A DNA stretch of 64,000 nucleotides, taken from positions 122,059 to 186,058 of the forward strand of contig JBBTWP010000001.1 in NCBI GenBank assembly GCA_038062675.1. The letters are read 5' to 3'. The DNA is from Patescibacteria group bacterium. GTDB taxonomy: Bacteria; Patescibacteriota; Minisyncoccia; Phycocordibacterales; UBA1550. A program made the translations under genes and the position numbers. The notes beneath the pieces are model-generated. The model was not told the DNA's origin. It saw nothing but the letters and a program-made list of their open reading frames with translations, and made no database searches. This document shows, in pieces, positions 28,516 through 37,882 of this stretch (positions within the stretch are counted from its first letter, which is position 1; each line of letters starts with the position of its first letter).

Positions 28516-28971
28516 ATGACCTTACACGAACAAATCAAAAACGAAGTAAAAGACGCGATGCGTGCCAAAGACGCCATTCGCCTATCAGTAGTACGCGGAA
28601 TTCTTGCCGCTGCCACCAATGAGCTCGTTGCCATTGGCAAAATGCCTCAGGATATGCTCGATGACGTAGGCGTGCTCAAGGTCATAAAACGCCTCTCCAA
28701 CCAACGCAAAGATTCAATAAAGCAATTCACCGACGGTGGACGTCCTGAACTTGCCGAAAGCGAACAGGCTGAGCTCGCAATCCTTGATAAGTATCTCCCC
28801 GCCCTTATGCCGTGGGGTGAGATAAAGAAAATTGCAATCGCAAAAAAAGAAGCTCTCGGTATAACCGACAAGGCAAAAGCAGGTCAGCTCACCGGCGCCA
28901 TCATGAAAGACCTCGCGGGCAAGGCAGACGGCGGCGATGTGAAAGCAGTGGTAGACGAGCTTTTTGTGTAA
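28516..28971 (+). CDS. yqeY: GatB/YqeY domain protein
   Basis: KDAMRAKD, QRKDSI.QF..GGR.ELA..E..E, YLP, GKADGG.V. Confidence 0.93.
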   Translation: MTLHEQIKNEVKDAMRAKDAIRLSVVRGILAAATNELVAIGKMPQDMLDDVGVLKVIKRLSNQRKDSIKQFTDGGRPELAESEQAELAILDKYLPALMPWGEIKKIAIAKKEALGITDKAKAGQLTGAIMKDLAGKADGGDVKAVVDELFV

Positions 28972-28973
28972 GC
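28890..28973 (+). repeat. 84-bp direct repeat copy 1 (3' end of yqeY)
   Basis: 79/84 identical to 31484..31567. Confidence 0.95.
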
Positions 28974-28974
28974 T

Positions 28975-31458
28975 CTAGTCCCTCCGCAACTTTTCTTTGT
29001 AGAGATCCAGCCCTAGCAAAACCCAAGCCACTTCATAAAAACCTGCGTACTTGAAAGCATCGACCGACGCGATTTTTCTGTCAAAAATCTCACTCCCCAT
29101 AGTTTTGTTTACCAGACTCACGCCCGTCAACATGGCACCATAGCTTGCGAGCGATCCATACGGCACCTCAGATACTCCAGCCTGAGTGTAAACCGCAAAT
29201 ATTTCACCTTTTGCTACCCAGTCCCGTGCAAACACAGTGTTTTTATTCAAATGTGCAAGCCCGCGAGATTCGCCATACCAAAGGTAGTCCATAGCAACTC
29301 GATAGGGCACCCGCAGTGCATCATAAGAGTACCTCGAGCTCTCTGTTCCATTGAGCTTAAAATCCGCGATCAAGTTCCCTTGGGCGTCAAGGCTACACCA
29401 ATCCATCGCCAGCCCAAGAGCACCAGTACACATAGCAAGCACTTTGTACGAAGAGTCGACAAGCGACATCCACGCATGCTCAGTGTCAAAAGTAGCAAAC
29501 GCTCGGTACTGATAGGGAGCAAGGTAGGATGGGTTGACGACAATACCCGGATAGTAGAGCACTGCCCAGTTCCCTGCCCCCACATAACGCGTACCTGCAA
29601 CTTCTTTTGTTTCTACATTCCAAATATCCCGAACAATTTCTTTTGCCTGATTAAGGTATGCCACATCCCCCCATTTTTTGTATGCCAAATAAAGTGCATA
29701 AGCGATATCCTGATCCGCGTCAGTCGCTGGATTTTTGTCGGGAATAGCACCATTTTCCCACACCCAAGAAAAGAGTTTGTCTGTGGGACGAGTTTGCAGT
29801 GTGCTTCGCGTCCAGTTCCAGACGTTGTCAAACGTGCTCCGGTCGTTCGCAAGAATGGCAATGAGCATGCCGTATGACTGGCTTTCGGATGTCGTTCTAT
29901 TGGTACCACTTTCAACTCTTCCATTTGCAAGGAAATATTTTTCTTTGGTGGTTGTTAAAGTTTTCTGAACGACGGCTTCAATGCCTGAGAGATCGAGGCT
30001 CGTAGGAGTGGGTGCGGGTGCCGTCACAGGGGTTGGTGTTGGTGCGGGCGGAGGAGGGAGCGTGGAAAGCGCAAGAGTTGAACGAATCACATCCAGAAAT
30101 TTCTGTGCGATCTTTGCATGTGCTACTTCTGTCGGATGAATGCCGTCGTACAAGTCAGCGGTTGTTAATACTGAATTTACGTCCACAAAACGAACATTTT
30201 GACCGAGCGCAACACGCGCATCCACATTTTGGCGTATGACGGTGTTAAACTGCTGGACCAAGAGCGAGCGGTCAATATTGTTGGGCTTAACAAGAGCAGA
30301 AGACTGGGGCGGAATAGATGCAACAAAAATCCACGCCGTAGGACGCGCTACGCGTAGTTGGTCAATGAGTGCATTGTGACGAGCCCCAATTTGATTTGCG
30401 TTTTCAGCAGTCCACCACGCAATGTCGTTGGTGCCCGCCATAAGAAGAATGATGTTTGGTTGCGTAGATGTAAGCCAAGGGTTTACATCGCGGGCAATGC
30501 CACCAATCGTAAATCCTGAGTGTCCCTCGTGGTCCTTGTCGGCAACGCGCGTCCATTGGTCGGATTGCGTTCCCACGTAACTCACTCCGCAATTATTCTT
30601 TTGAAGCTCTGTGTATAGATTATTGCGATACCCGCCATTCACACCAAGAGTAATTGAGTCCCCTAAAGGTAGTATGTTGGCACAACTTTGCAATTGGGTG
30701 CTTGTGGATGGCGATGTAACTGGTGGCGGGATTGGAGCCACGGGTGGAGGTGTGGCAACAACAGGTGGTGGGGCAACAACTGGTGGTGGAGTTGGAACCA
30801 CGGGTGGTGGTGTGACTTGGGCTGGTATTGAAACAACAACGGGCGGTGGTGTGACTTGGGCTGGTATTGAAACAACAACGGGCGGTGGTGTGACAACAAC
30901 AGGTGGCGGGATTGGAACCACGGGCGGTGGTGTGACAATAACAGGTGATGGAGTTGGTGGCGGAATAACGACCGGAGGGGTCACAGCAGAAGCTACTGGC
31001 GGCAAAGGAGCCCTCGATGGTGTGCTTGGTGCCGGAACATCTTTTCCTCCCCCATTTGTTGTGGTAATACTTACGGTGACCACCTTATTTGAAGCAGGAG
31101 AAATTGCCGGCGAGGATTTTGTTGAAGGAGCAAGCGGAGCCAGCTCTTTCTTTGCTAGCGTAGAGTTGCGAGTGGCAGAGACTGTTCCCTGTGGAGCCAC
31201 AGAGCGAACATCCTTCGCCACCAAAGAAACAGGTGCCGTAACTCCTGTTTCTTTTTTCACAACGGGAAGAGGAGTATTCGCCACTTTGGTGACTACAGAA
31301 GAAGTAGTGTCAGTGAAATCTGAAAATGGAGGTGTACGAGGAGTCGGAGTCGCCTCCAAAGTCAGGACACCAAGAACAATAACAATTCCTGAGGAAATCA
31401 CCAAAAAAAACCGTATCCAATTTTTATAAAGAAACCACACGTGCTTGAATTGTAGCAC
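28975..31458 (-). CDS. membrane-anchored SGNH esterase + GH8 glycoside hydrolase with Pro/Val/Thr linkers
   Basis: GDSIT, GTND, DGIHP (SGNH); TTSESQSYGM, ATDADQDIAYAL, YDALR (GH8); start codon uncertain. Confidence 0.9.
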   Translation of the reverse strand: MLQFKHVWFLYKNWIRFFLVISSGIVIVLGVLTLEATPTPRTPPFSDFTDTTSSVVTKVANTPLPVVKKETGVTAPVSLVAKDVRSVAPQGTVSATRNSTLAKKELAPLAPSTKSSPAISPASNKVVTVSITTTNGGGKDVPAPSTPSRAPLPPVASAVTPPVVIPPPTPSPVIVTPPPVVPIPPPVVVTPPPVVVSIPAQVTPPPVVVSIPAQVTPPPVVPTPPPVVAPPPVVATPPPVAPIPPPVTSPSTSTQLQSCANILPLGDSITLGVNGGYRNNLYTELQKNNCGVSYVGTQSDQWTRVADKDHEGHSGFTIGGIARDVNPWLTSTQPNIILLMAGTNDIAWWTAENANQIGARHNALIDQLRVARPTAWIFVASIPPQSSALVKPNNIDRSLLVQQFNTVIRQNVDARVALGQNVRFVDVNSVLTTADLYDGIHPTEVAHAKIAQKFLDVIRSTLALSTLPPPPAPTPTPVTAPAPTPTSLDLSGIEAVVQKTLTTTKEKYFLANGRVESGTNRTTSESQSYGMLIAILANDRSTFDNVWNWTRSTLQTRPTDKLFSWVWENGAIPDKNPATDADQDIAYALYLAYKKWGDVAYLNQAKEIVRDIWNVETKEVAGTRYVGAGNWAVLYYPGIVVNPSYLAPYQYRAFATFDTEHAWMSLVDSSYKVLAMCTGALGLAMDWCSLDAQGNLIADFKLNGTESSRYSYDALRVPYRVAMDYLWYGESRGLAHLNKNTVFARDWVAKGEIFAVYTQAGVSEVPYGSLASYGAMLTGVSLVNKTMGSEIFDRKIASVDAFKYAGFYEVAWVLLGLDLYKEKLRRD
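30806..30894. repeat. 39-bp tandem repeat encoding the linker VTPPPVVVSIPAQ
   Basis: Two identical units plus a partial unit inside the Pro-rich linker. Confidence 0.9.
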
Positions 31459-31483
31459 AAAGTGCCATCAGTAAACCAACCCA

Positions 31484-31567
31484 CACGGGCGCCATCATGG
31501 AAGACCTCGCGGGCAAGGCAGACGGCGGCGATGTGAAAGCAGTGGTAGACGAGCTCTTTGCATAAGC
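31484..31567 (+). repeat. 84-bp direct repeat copy 2 (orphan yqeY 3' end)
   Basis: Encodes GAIMEDLAGKADGGDVKAVVDELFA-stop. Confidence 0.95.
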
Positions 31568-31595
31568 AAGATCAATAAAAGACCGCCATCGCTTT

Positions 31596-31889
31596 TCAGC
31601 TAAATTGCCTTGTGAATTTTTCAGAAAAAGGCTTGCCGAAAGAAAGGAGTACTTGTCGAGAAAAAGGATCAAGCTTGTCGAATCCCAATACGAGATTTTG
31701 AACAACGAACCATTCCTCGCGCCCTGCGGGACTTATTTCACGAAGCGAAAGTATTTTCGACACCATATCAAGTGTGCGAGTTTTGAATTTAAGCGCAGAG
31801 TCAGTATTTCCTTGATCGTAAGCTTTGAACATTCGAGCAATTTCAGGCTCGACATTTGCGGCATAAAAAAGTGTATTTTTTTCAAACAT
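31596..31889 (-). CDS. small helical hypothetical protein
   Basis: 3 nt downstream of the DUF5674 gene; ANVEPEIARM...GREEW. Confidence 0.7.
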   Translation of the reverse strand: MFEKNTLFYAANVEPEIARMFKAYDQGNTDSALKFKTRTLDMVSKILSLREISPAGREEWFVVQNLVLGFDKLDPFSRQVLLSFGKPFSEKFTRQFS

Positions 31890-31892
31890 ATA

Positions 31893-32246
31893 TTATTGTT
31901 TAAACTGAATCCAAGCGTGAATGATCTCTGTAGCTTTCTTTGCAACCTCCTGGTCCTCAACCGAGCGACTTTTATTGCCAAGCGATGGCTTAATATTCAC
32001 CAAAGAATCAAATTCCAAAAGAGCATCCTGACCTTCATCAAATCGAATATTGAACCCCCATACGTTCACATGGTTTGACCCATCTTCAACAAGAAGTTCA
32101 CAGGTCTCCATATGATAATCCCCGCCAATCGCAACTTTGTTCTCAAGAATATCCACCGTCCCTTTAATCATGGTTCCATACCACTCTGTGGCAATTGTGC
32201 GCACCTCTTGCATGGAAGTTGGTTTTTTGAGAATATGTATTGCCAT
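31893..32246 (-). CDS. DUF5674 family protein
   Basis: MIKG.VD, GG.YH..CE.L...GS....VWGFN, FDSLVNIKP..GN.SR. Confidence 0.85.
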   Translation of the reverse strand: MAIHILKKPTSMQEVRTIATEWYGTMIKGTVDILENKVAIGGDYHMETCELLVEDGSNHVNVWGFNIRFDEGQDALLEFDSLVNIKPSLGNKSRSVEDQEVAKKATEIIHAWIQFKQ

Positions 32247-32394
32247 AGAACCATGTTAGCACATAGGCAACCATTTAGGCAAAATACCGTATCCGTCCAC
32301 AACATATGAAAGTTCCCAACCCCCCTTGCCAACTCCCTCATTCCCTGCTAGAGTATGGGCTGGCACATTTTACCCAGCAAATAGGAGTTACTTT

Positions 32395-32676
32395 ATGAGT
32401 AGACCGTCAGTGTATTCAAGCAATCGGCACGTTGTTCAAAAAACAAATGACCCATTGCCTGTCCCCGCCCCTATAGTAGGTGTGGAGCTTGCTATGCTTT
32501 TGCTATCGAAAAATACCCCTATCGAAGCGGCTCAAAGAGCAGTTTCTGAGACAGGTTATACTGCCGCAATCAATAGAGCACAAAGGTTGCCTCAATTGTG
32601 CGTAGCGCGTAATCCCAGAGATAAAATCATTGGACGCGGGTGCAACCAAGACACCATCTGTATTCCTTGGAAATAA
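32395..32676 (+). CDS. small hypothetical protein, paralog family A copy 1
   Basis: TTGCCA-17-TAGAGT promoter, AGGAG RBS; similar to the next two ORFs. Confidence 0.7.
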   Translation: MSRPSVYSSNRHVVQKTNDPLPVPAPIVGVELAMLLLSKNTPIEAAQRAVSETGYTAAINRAQRLPQLCVARNPRDKIIGRGCNQDTICIPWK

Positions 32677-32756
32677 AAAGAGTCAATCAATAACCATAAA
32701 TAGAGTACGGACCGGTACATTTCATCCACGAATACATAACCTCGAAGGAGTGGTCT

Positions 32757-33056
32757 ATGGAAAAACAGCCATTGTATTACCCAGTCGCCCCTCTTCAAAG
32801 ACACGACAAGCCTGAGCTACTCAAAGAAAAAGCTCCTTCATTCAAACAAATGACAGGAGAAGAACATGCGAGAGTCCTCCTTCGCGAAGGTTTCAAGGTC
32901 ATGAAGGCGAAGGAGACACTTGAAACCATGGGCTACTTTGTGAGAATTAATAGTATCAATCCGCCCGAGCTCCATGTGTCACTTGCAACACAGAGAACGG
33001 TTACAAATACAAATCTAGAGCCACCCACCAAGTGCGTCCGTTGGGAAATCACATAA
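32757..33056 (+). CDS. small hypothetical protein, paralog family A copy 2
   Basis: AAGGAG RBS; GY...I....PPEL.VS...KCVRW; terminator at 33080..33106. Confidence 0.75.
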   Translation: MEKQPLYYPVAPLQRHDKPELLKEKAPSFKQMTGEEHARVLLREGFKVMKAKETLETMGYFVRINSINPPELHVSLATQRTVTNTNLEPPTKCVRWEIT

Positions 33057-33206
33057 AAAGGAACGGGAGAAACCCCAACCCCCGAGCAGGACTGCTCGGG
33101 GGTTTTCTACGCCACAGTTTTAAAAAATACAGGCGATTGACCCATATTACATTCCCTGCTAAAGTACGGGCTGGATATAGTTCACAAGCAAAGGAGGCGT
33201 TTCGCA

Positions 33207-33482
33207 ATGCAAGCACCTAGAGTTGCCCAACCCACACTAGCACCAACCGAGAAAAACGAGTCAGAAGGAGTCGCACTCGCGTATGCACTACTGAAGGGTG
33301 GCGTTGATATCAAAACCGCAAAAAAAGTAGTAGAGGCGTCTGGATATGGAACAGACATAAAGGGAACCCACCCGCCAGAACTGTGGGTGTCGGAGGCGCA
33401 CAGCACAACAATCCACACACAGGGAAGCAACACCCACCTCACTACGCCGATTAAAAAGTGTGTTCGCTGGGACACCGCATAA
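33207..33482 (+). CDS. small hypothetical protein, paralog family A copy 3
   Basis: TTGACC-17-TAAAGT promoter, AAGGAGG RBS; PPELWVS...KCVRW. Confidence 0.75.
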   Translation: MQAPRVAQPTLAPTEKNESEGVALAYALLKGGVDIKTAKKVVEASGYGTDIKGTHPPELWVSEAHSTTIHTQGSNTHLTTPIKKCVRWDTA

Positions 33483-33544
33483 AAAGCAACAAGCAAACAA
33501 TCACAAAGCCCCGGCATCCGCCTGGGCTTTTCTTTTGCATGACA

Positions 33545-33763
33545 CTACCTTTTCTCTCGTATCATCATATACACAAAGAGCGAAACAATAGACACCCCAA
33601 AACAAACAATTCCAAACGTATCTTCACGAGGCCATGGCAAAAGATGCGTCAGTGGAAGCGCGAGCGTTTGCGGATGAAATACCGCATTTTCCGCAATATA
33701 AAACCACCCAGCAAAACTATGCACAAATAACGTAAACGTGGCAGCTCGTAAAAATCTTTTCAT
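33545..33763 (-). CDS. small membrane protein
   Basis: Two hydrophobic segments; ATGA overlap with upstream gene. Confidence 0.65.
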   Translation of the reverse strand: MKRFLRAATFTLFVHSFAGWFYIAENAVFHPQTLALPLTHLLPWPREDTFGIVCFGVSIVSLFVYMMIREKR

Positions 33764-34380
33764 AATATAGTTTCAATTGTATCAGATTTTTTATAAAAAG
33801 CTTTGTCCATTTCATTCACAAAATAATCGCGCAGATTTGCAGGCAGAGAATTTACCACATCAAATGTTGCCCATGGTCGTTTTGCTAAATGATGACGAAT
33901 AGTTTTTGCATCAGTGCACAATTCGCCCAAATCCATTAAGATAATGTTCCCATCCGCATTCATTCCAAAATTGTCGGTAATAAGAAAGTTGCGGTCAATA
34001 AGGGAATGTTCGATGAGAACTTTGTTAAATTCAACAAAACTATCCACAATCCGCTCCCCCTCCTCTCGTCCCCCTTGCTCCAATTTTTTGCGCAATGAAA
34101 CAACAAAATCTTGTTCGTAATCAAGGGTACCTACTACTCGCGGATTGCCCAACATCCAACTTTGAATGGTTGTATGCAAAATTTCCTGCATTGAATAAAC
34201 CGCTTCCATTCTACACCTTTCGTAATATGCAGGAAATTTCCAAAGGGGGTGTTCAAAATAAGGAAAGCAATCACGCAATAGTATAAGATACGCAAGAAAC
34301 CGAGAGTTGTATTTTTTAAACACTCTCCCCTTTCCTATGTCATAAACACTGTACTGCCATCCCCGACCGATTGCTTTCAT
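33760..34380 (-). CDS. hypothetical protein with protein-kinase-like motifs
   Basis: IGRGWQYSVY (Gly loop), VFKK, D...NFG...ILMDLGE. Confidence 0.6.
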   Translation of the reverse strand: MKAIGRGWQYSVYDIGKGRVFKKYNSRFLAYLILLRDCFPYFEHPLWKFPAYYERCRMEAVYSMQEILHTTIQSWMLGNPRVVGTLDYEQDFVVSLRKKLEQGGREEGERIVDSFVEFNKVLIEHSLIDRNFLITDNFGMNADGNIILMDLGELCTDAKTIRHHLAKRPWATFDVVNSLPANLRDYFVNEMDKAFYKKSDTIETIL

Positions 34381-34389
34381 ATAAACATC

Positions 34390-35691
34390 CTACTCTTTTG
34401 CCGTACTTGAGGCAATCATGTTTTTAAATACCTCATACGCTGGCTTCTTGCTTCCGTCATACCGTACAAGACCAAAAAAGTTTTCGTTGGTATTTTTTGA
34501 AACACCAAGATCTTTATACGTGTACCAAAAAAGTGGGCCCACCCAATCATATTTCTCATATTGCAGGACTGCATCTTTAAAAATACCAACTTGCAATTCT
34601 TCGCTCACATGGTCGGGGTGTTGACTGTAATTAAAATCATCGAGCGTTGCCATTGCACCCGGTCCCCCCGTTGGCGCCCCTACTTCAGTAATCCATATTT
34701 TTTTTCCAGCATCACCATTTTCTTGCATAATGCTTCGTAAACTTGGATTCGTATCGATCATTTGGGACCATCCGCTCCATGACTCTACTGTCAAAGCAGT
34801 AACAGGAAAAGAATATGGATGATACCCCACCACATCAAAATACGGTCGAGCTCCCTGCTCATAGAGTTGCTTCAAGAAATCTCTGGGGGCGATACTTCCC
34901 CCCTTTGTGTCCGAGGGTCCCATTCCTCCAGTCATTACTATTGCGGAAGAATCTAAGCTTTTTATCGAAACATAACTCTCCTTGAGAAGTTCGGCGTATA
35001 GGGAAACATTTGCCTCGGGCCTCCAAAAAGCTTTTAAGTTTGGTTCGTTCCATATTTCCCACACATGTACGCCTTGCGACGAATATCTTTTTGCAGCTTC
35101 TCGCGCAAAGATACCAAACTGAGTAATATTCGCGGGTGCACATTTGTCGCTATTTACACATTCAGGAAGTCGCGCCCATTTTGGTGTATATCCCAAAATA
35201 GGGAGTGGTCTCAAATTGTGTGCGTCCAATGCTTTAATAACACGATCAACGCGACTCCATTCAAAATGCAAACTATCTTTGGGCTGGACTTCCTCCCATT
35301 GCATATCAAAGCGCACCCATCCGACTCCCAATGTAGTCAATTCGGAGAGTTTCTTATCTAACTCTTTGGCGTTCATCGAGTACAAACCGCCAATGGAAAT
35401 GCCAAAGTTATAATTTAAGATTTTTGCAGTTACCGGAGGCGGAACTATGGGACTGGGAGATGGTTTCGGAATCACCGGAGCAACAACCACAGGCGACACC
35501 TCTTGCTTCGCTGGTAGGACTATAACCACAGAGGGGGTTGGCGCTGGCACCACTGCCGTAACCTCAATTTCTCGATTGTAGTAAACTCTTACCACAACCA
35601 TCACAACCAACGACAAGCTAAGGAGAGAGATCCAAAATCGTTTGCGTTTTCTCGTAAAATAAGGCATAATAAGACATCTTCTCGCTACCAC
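34390..35691 (-). CDS. membrane-anchored GH5-like (clan GH-A) glycoside hydrolase
   Basis: WEIWNEPN acid/base, HPY, IWITEVG nucleophile; TM + Pro-rich linker. Confidence 0.9.
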   Translation of the reverse strand: MVARRCLIMPYFTRKRKRFWISLLSLSLVVMVVVRVYYNREIEVTAVVPAPTPSVVIVLPAKQEVSPVVVAPVIPKPSPSPIVPPPVTAKILNYNFGISIGGLYSMNAKELDKKLSELTTLGVGWVRFDMQWEEVQPKDSLHFEWSRVDRVIKALDAHNLRPLPILGYTPKWARLPECVNSDKCAPANITQFGIFAREAAKRYSSQGVHVWEIWNEPNLKAFWRPEANVSLYAELLKESYVSIKSLDSSAIVMTGGMGPSDTKGGSIAPRDFLKQLYEQGARPYFDVVGYHPYSFPVTALTVESWSGWSQMIDTNPSLRSIMQENGDAGKKIWITEVGAPTGGPGAMATLDDFNYSQHPDHVSEELQVGIFKDAVLQYEKYDWVGPLFWYTYKDLGVSKNTNENFFGLVRYDGSKKPAYEVFKNMIASSTAKE

Positions 35692-35745
35692 AGTGTAGCT
35701 ATTTTAGTGCCTTTTTACAAGCTCAGATTTCCCGACAACCACCCC

Positions 35746-36984
35746 ATGAAAGAAAAGTTATATTCCCTCTTCCAAGACAGCCTCTTCCGCAACTCTTTTT
35801 ACCTTATGCTCGCTACTGGCGTCATGGCAGGTTTTGGTTTTTTCTTTTGGCTCATCAGTGCCCGTCTGTTTTCCACCGAGGATATTGGTCTTGCCACTAC
35901 CCTTATTTCTGTGATGAATATAATTGCCTTGCTAAGCCTCATTGGTTTTGACTCTGCATTCGTGCGATTTCTTCCCAACTCTGACAAAAGGAACGACCAT
36001 CTTAACACCGGACTCATCCTCGTAGGGGCAACGGCACTTGTTTTAGCATTCCTCTTTATAGTATTTGTTCCTGAAATTTCCCCTCGTATTAGTTTTATAG
36101 GAGAGAATCTACCTATTGCATTAGCATTCATTTTTTTCTGTGTCATGTCGGCCTTAAATATTCTTACTGATTCAGTATTTCTTGCCGACCGACAAACAAA
36201 ATTTACCCTCATCATCAATACTGCCTTTAGTGTCCTTAAAATGGTGCTCCCTTTTGCATTCATTGGTTGGGGAGCTTTGGGTGTTTTTACGGCCGCAGCA
36301 ATAGCACAAACTGTAGGTTTCGTACTAAGTATTGTAGTAATGATGCGCAAGTTTGACTACCGCCCTCAATTTATCATTAGTAACAATATTCTTAAACTCG
36401 TACGACAATATTGTTTGGGCAATTATATTGCTGTAATTTTAAACCTATTGCCCATTGCTCTGTTGCCCATCATCATAACCAATAATCTTGGTCCAGAGCA
36501 GGCAGCCTATTATTATATTGTGATGATGATTGCAAACCTGTTGTACGTTATCCCCCAAGCTACCACCAAGTCGCTCTTTGCGGAGGGTTCCAACAATGAA
36601 GGAACGCTCCGCACGAATGTGGGGAAATCAGTACGAAATATTAGCATCCTTTTGATTCCAGCTATCGCCGTACTTATCTTAGGTGGTAAATACATTTTGG
36701 GAATTTTTGGAGAAGATTATTCAACAGGAGGTCTTACGCTCCTCTATTTTATTGCCATTGCGGCTATTCCAGTAAGTGGTTACTCTATTTTTTATGCTTT
36801 GCTCAGAATTAAGAAGGGGCTCAATGGACTTATCATAACTAATATTTTTTATGCGGGGTCGATTATTGGGCTAAGTTACGCACTGCTTCCCATGGGACTA
36901 GTCGGGATTGGCATCGCATGGCTTTTTGGGAACGTAGTCGCAAGTGTGGTAAGCTGCTTAATGACCACACAAGGAAAGCGTTAA
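35746..36984 (+). CDS. Wzx-type oligosaccharide flippase
   Basis: LFRNSFYLM...GF.FW...AR, about 12 TM helices, LG.EQAAYY. Confidence 0.88.
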   Translation: MKEKLYSLFQDSLFRNSFYLMLATGVMAGFGFFFWLISARLFSTEDIGLATTLISVMNIIALLSLIGFDSAFVRFLPNSDKRNDHLNTGLILVGATALVLAFLFIVFVPEISPRISFIGENLPIALAFIFFCVMSALNILTDSVFLADRQTKFTLIINTAFSVLKMVLPFAFIGWGALGVFTAAAIAQTVGFVLSIVVMMRKFDYRPQFIISNNILKLVRQYCLGNYIAVILNLLPIALLPIIITNNLGPEQAAYYYIVMMIANLLYVIPQATTKSLFAEGSNNEGTLRTNVGKSVRNISILLIPAIAVLILGGKYILGIFGEDYSTGGLTLLYFIAIAAIPVSGYSIFYALLRIKKGLNGLIITNIFYAGSIIGLSYALLPMGLVGIGIAWLFGNVVASVVSCLMTTQGKR

Positions 36985-36994
36985 TTTAACATTC

Positions 36995-37873
36995 ATGATT
37001 AAAATTCTCAAAAAAATTACTCCTCAATTTGTTTTTACTTTTGTTGGAAGATATCATGTTATTAAAAACACAGAATCGTTTCTCCAACAACCCCTGTATA
37101 GCATCTTGAAATTAGTGCGGTGGACAATTTTTGAATTATTGGGTCTGGATATATCATTTACCACTCCTGACGGAACTCGTTTTACTTCAATGACGCGCAA
37201 CTACAGTTCCTTTATTGTCTATTTTACAGACTATCGAGACCCATCAATTCAATTATTTTTAAACAAACACCTCACCAAAGACTCAATATTTGTAGATGCA
37301 GGGGCAAATATTGGTACGTACACAATACGCGCAGGACAACAGGTTGGCTCACAAGGGAAAGTAATCGCTGTGGAAGCCCATCCATCTATTTATAAGTACT
37401 TACTAAAAAATATTGAGTTGAATAATTTAAACAACATAACTCCCGTTAACGTTGCTCTTGGATCCGAACGCGGTACTACAGAAATATCTTACAATGACTC
37501 AAATCCTGGCGAAACTCACGTAGCAATTAATGGGGAGAAAAGCATTGTTGTACCAATACAGACACTCGACGAAGTCCTGGAAAAACTTGGAGTCGATCAT
37601 GTGGATTACCTCAAAATTGATGTTGAAGGTTTTGAACTTCCATTGCTCTTAGGTTCACAGGAAACGATTAAAAATAATCCTGAGATTGTTATTCAAACGG
37701 AGCTTGTCGAAAAACACTCAAAAAGATACGGACGTTCTGTAACACAAATTACCGATTTACTTTCTAGTTTTGGACTAATCCCTCATGAGCTCGACTTTGA
37801 GGGAAATCCAGCAAAAATAGAAAAATTTGATTTGGCAAGAAAAGAATACGATGTTCTTTGGTGGAGAGAGTAA
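36995..37873 (+). CDS. FkbM family methyltransferase
   Basis: FVDAGANIG, LKIDVEGFE. Confidence 0.93.
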   Translation: MIKILKKITPQFVFTFVGRYHVIKNTESFLQQPLYSILKLVRWTIFELLGLDISFTTPDGTRFTSMTRNYSSFIVYFTDYRDPSIQLFLNKHLTKDSIFVDAGANIGTYTIRAGQQVGSQGKVIAVEAHPSIYKYLLKNIELNNLNNITPVNVALGSERGTTEISYNDSNPGETHVAINGEKSIVVPIQTLDEVLEKLGVDHVDYLKIDVEGFELPLLLGSQETIKNNPEIVIQTELVEKHSKRYGRSVTQITDLLSSFGLIPHELDFEGNPAKIEKFDLARKEYDVLWWRE

Positions 37874-37882
37874 CTAAAAATT

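Noticed and set aside
30611-31429. 272-aa Gly/Thr-rich ORF on + strand
   Set aside because: Antisense shadow of the Pro/Val linker of the SGNH-GH8 gene.
31424-31705. 93-aa minus-strand ORF
   Set aside because: Mostly antisense translation of the duplicated yqeY 3' end.
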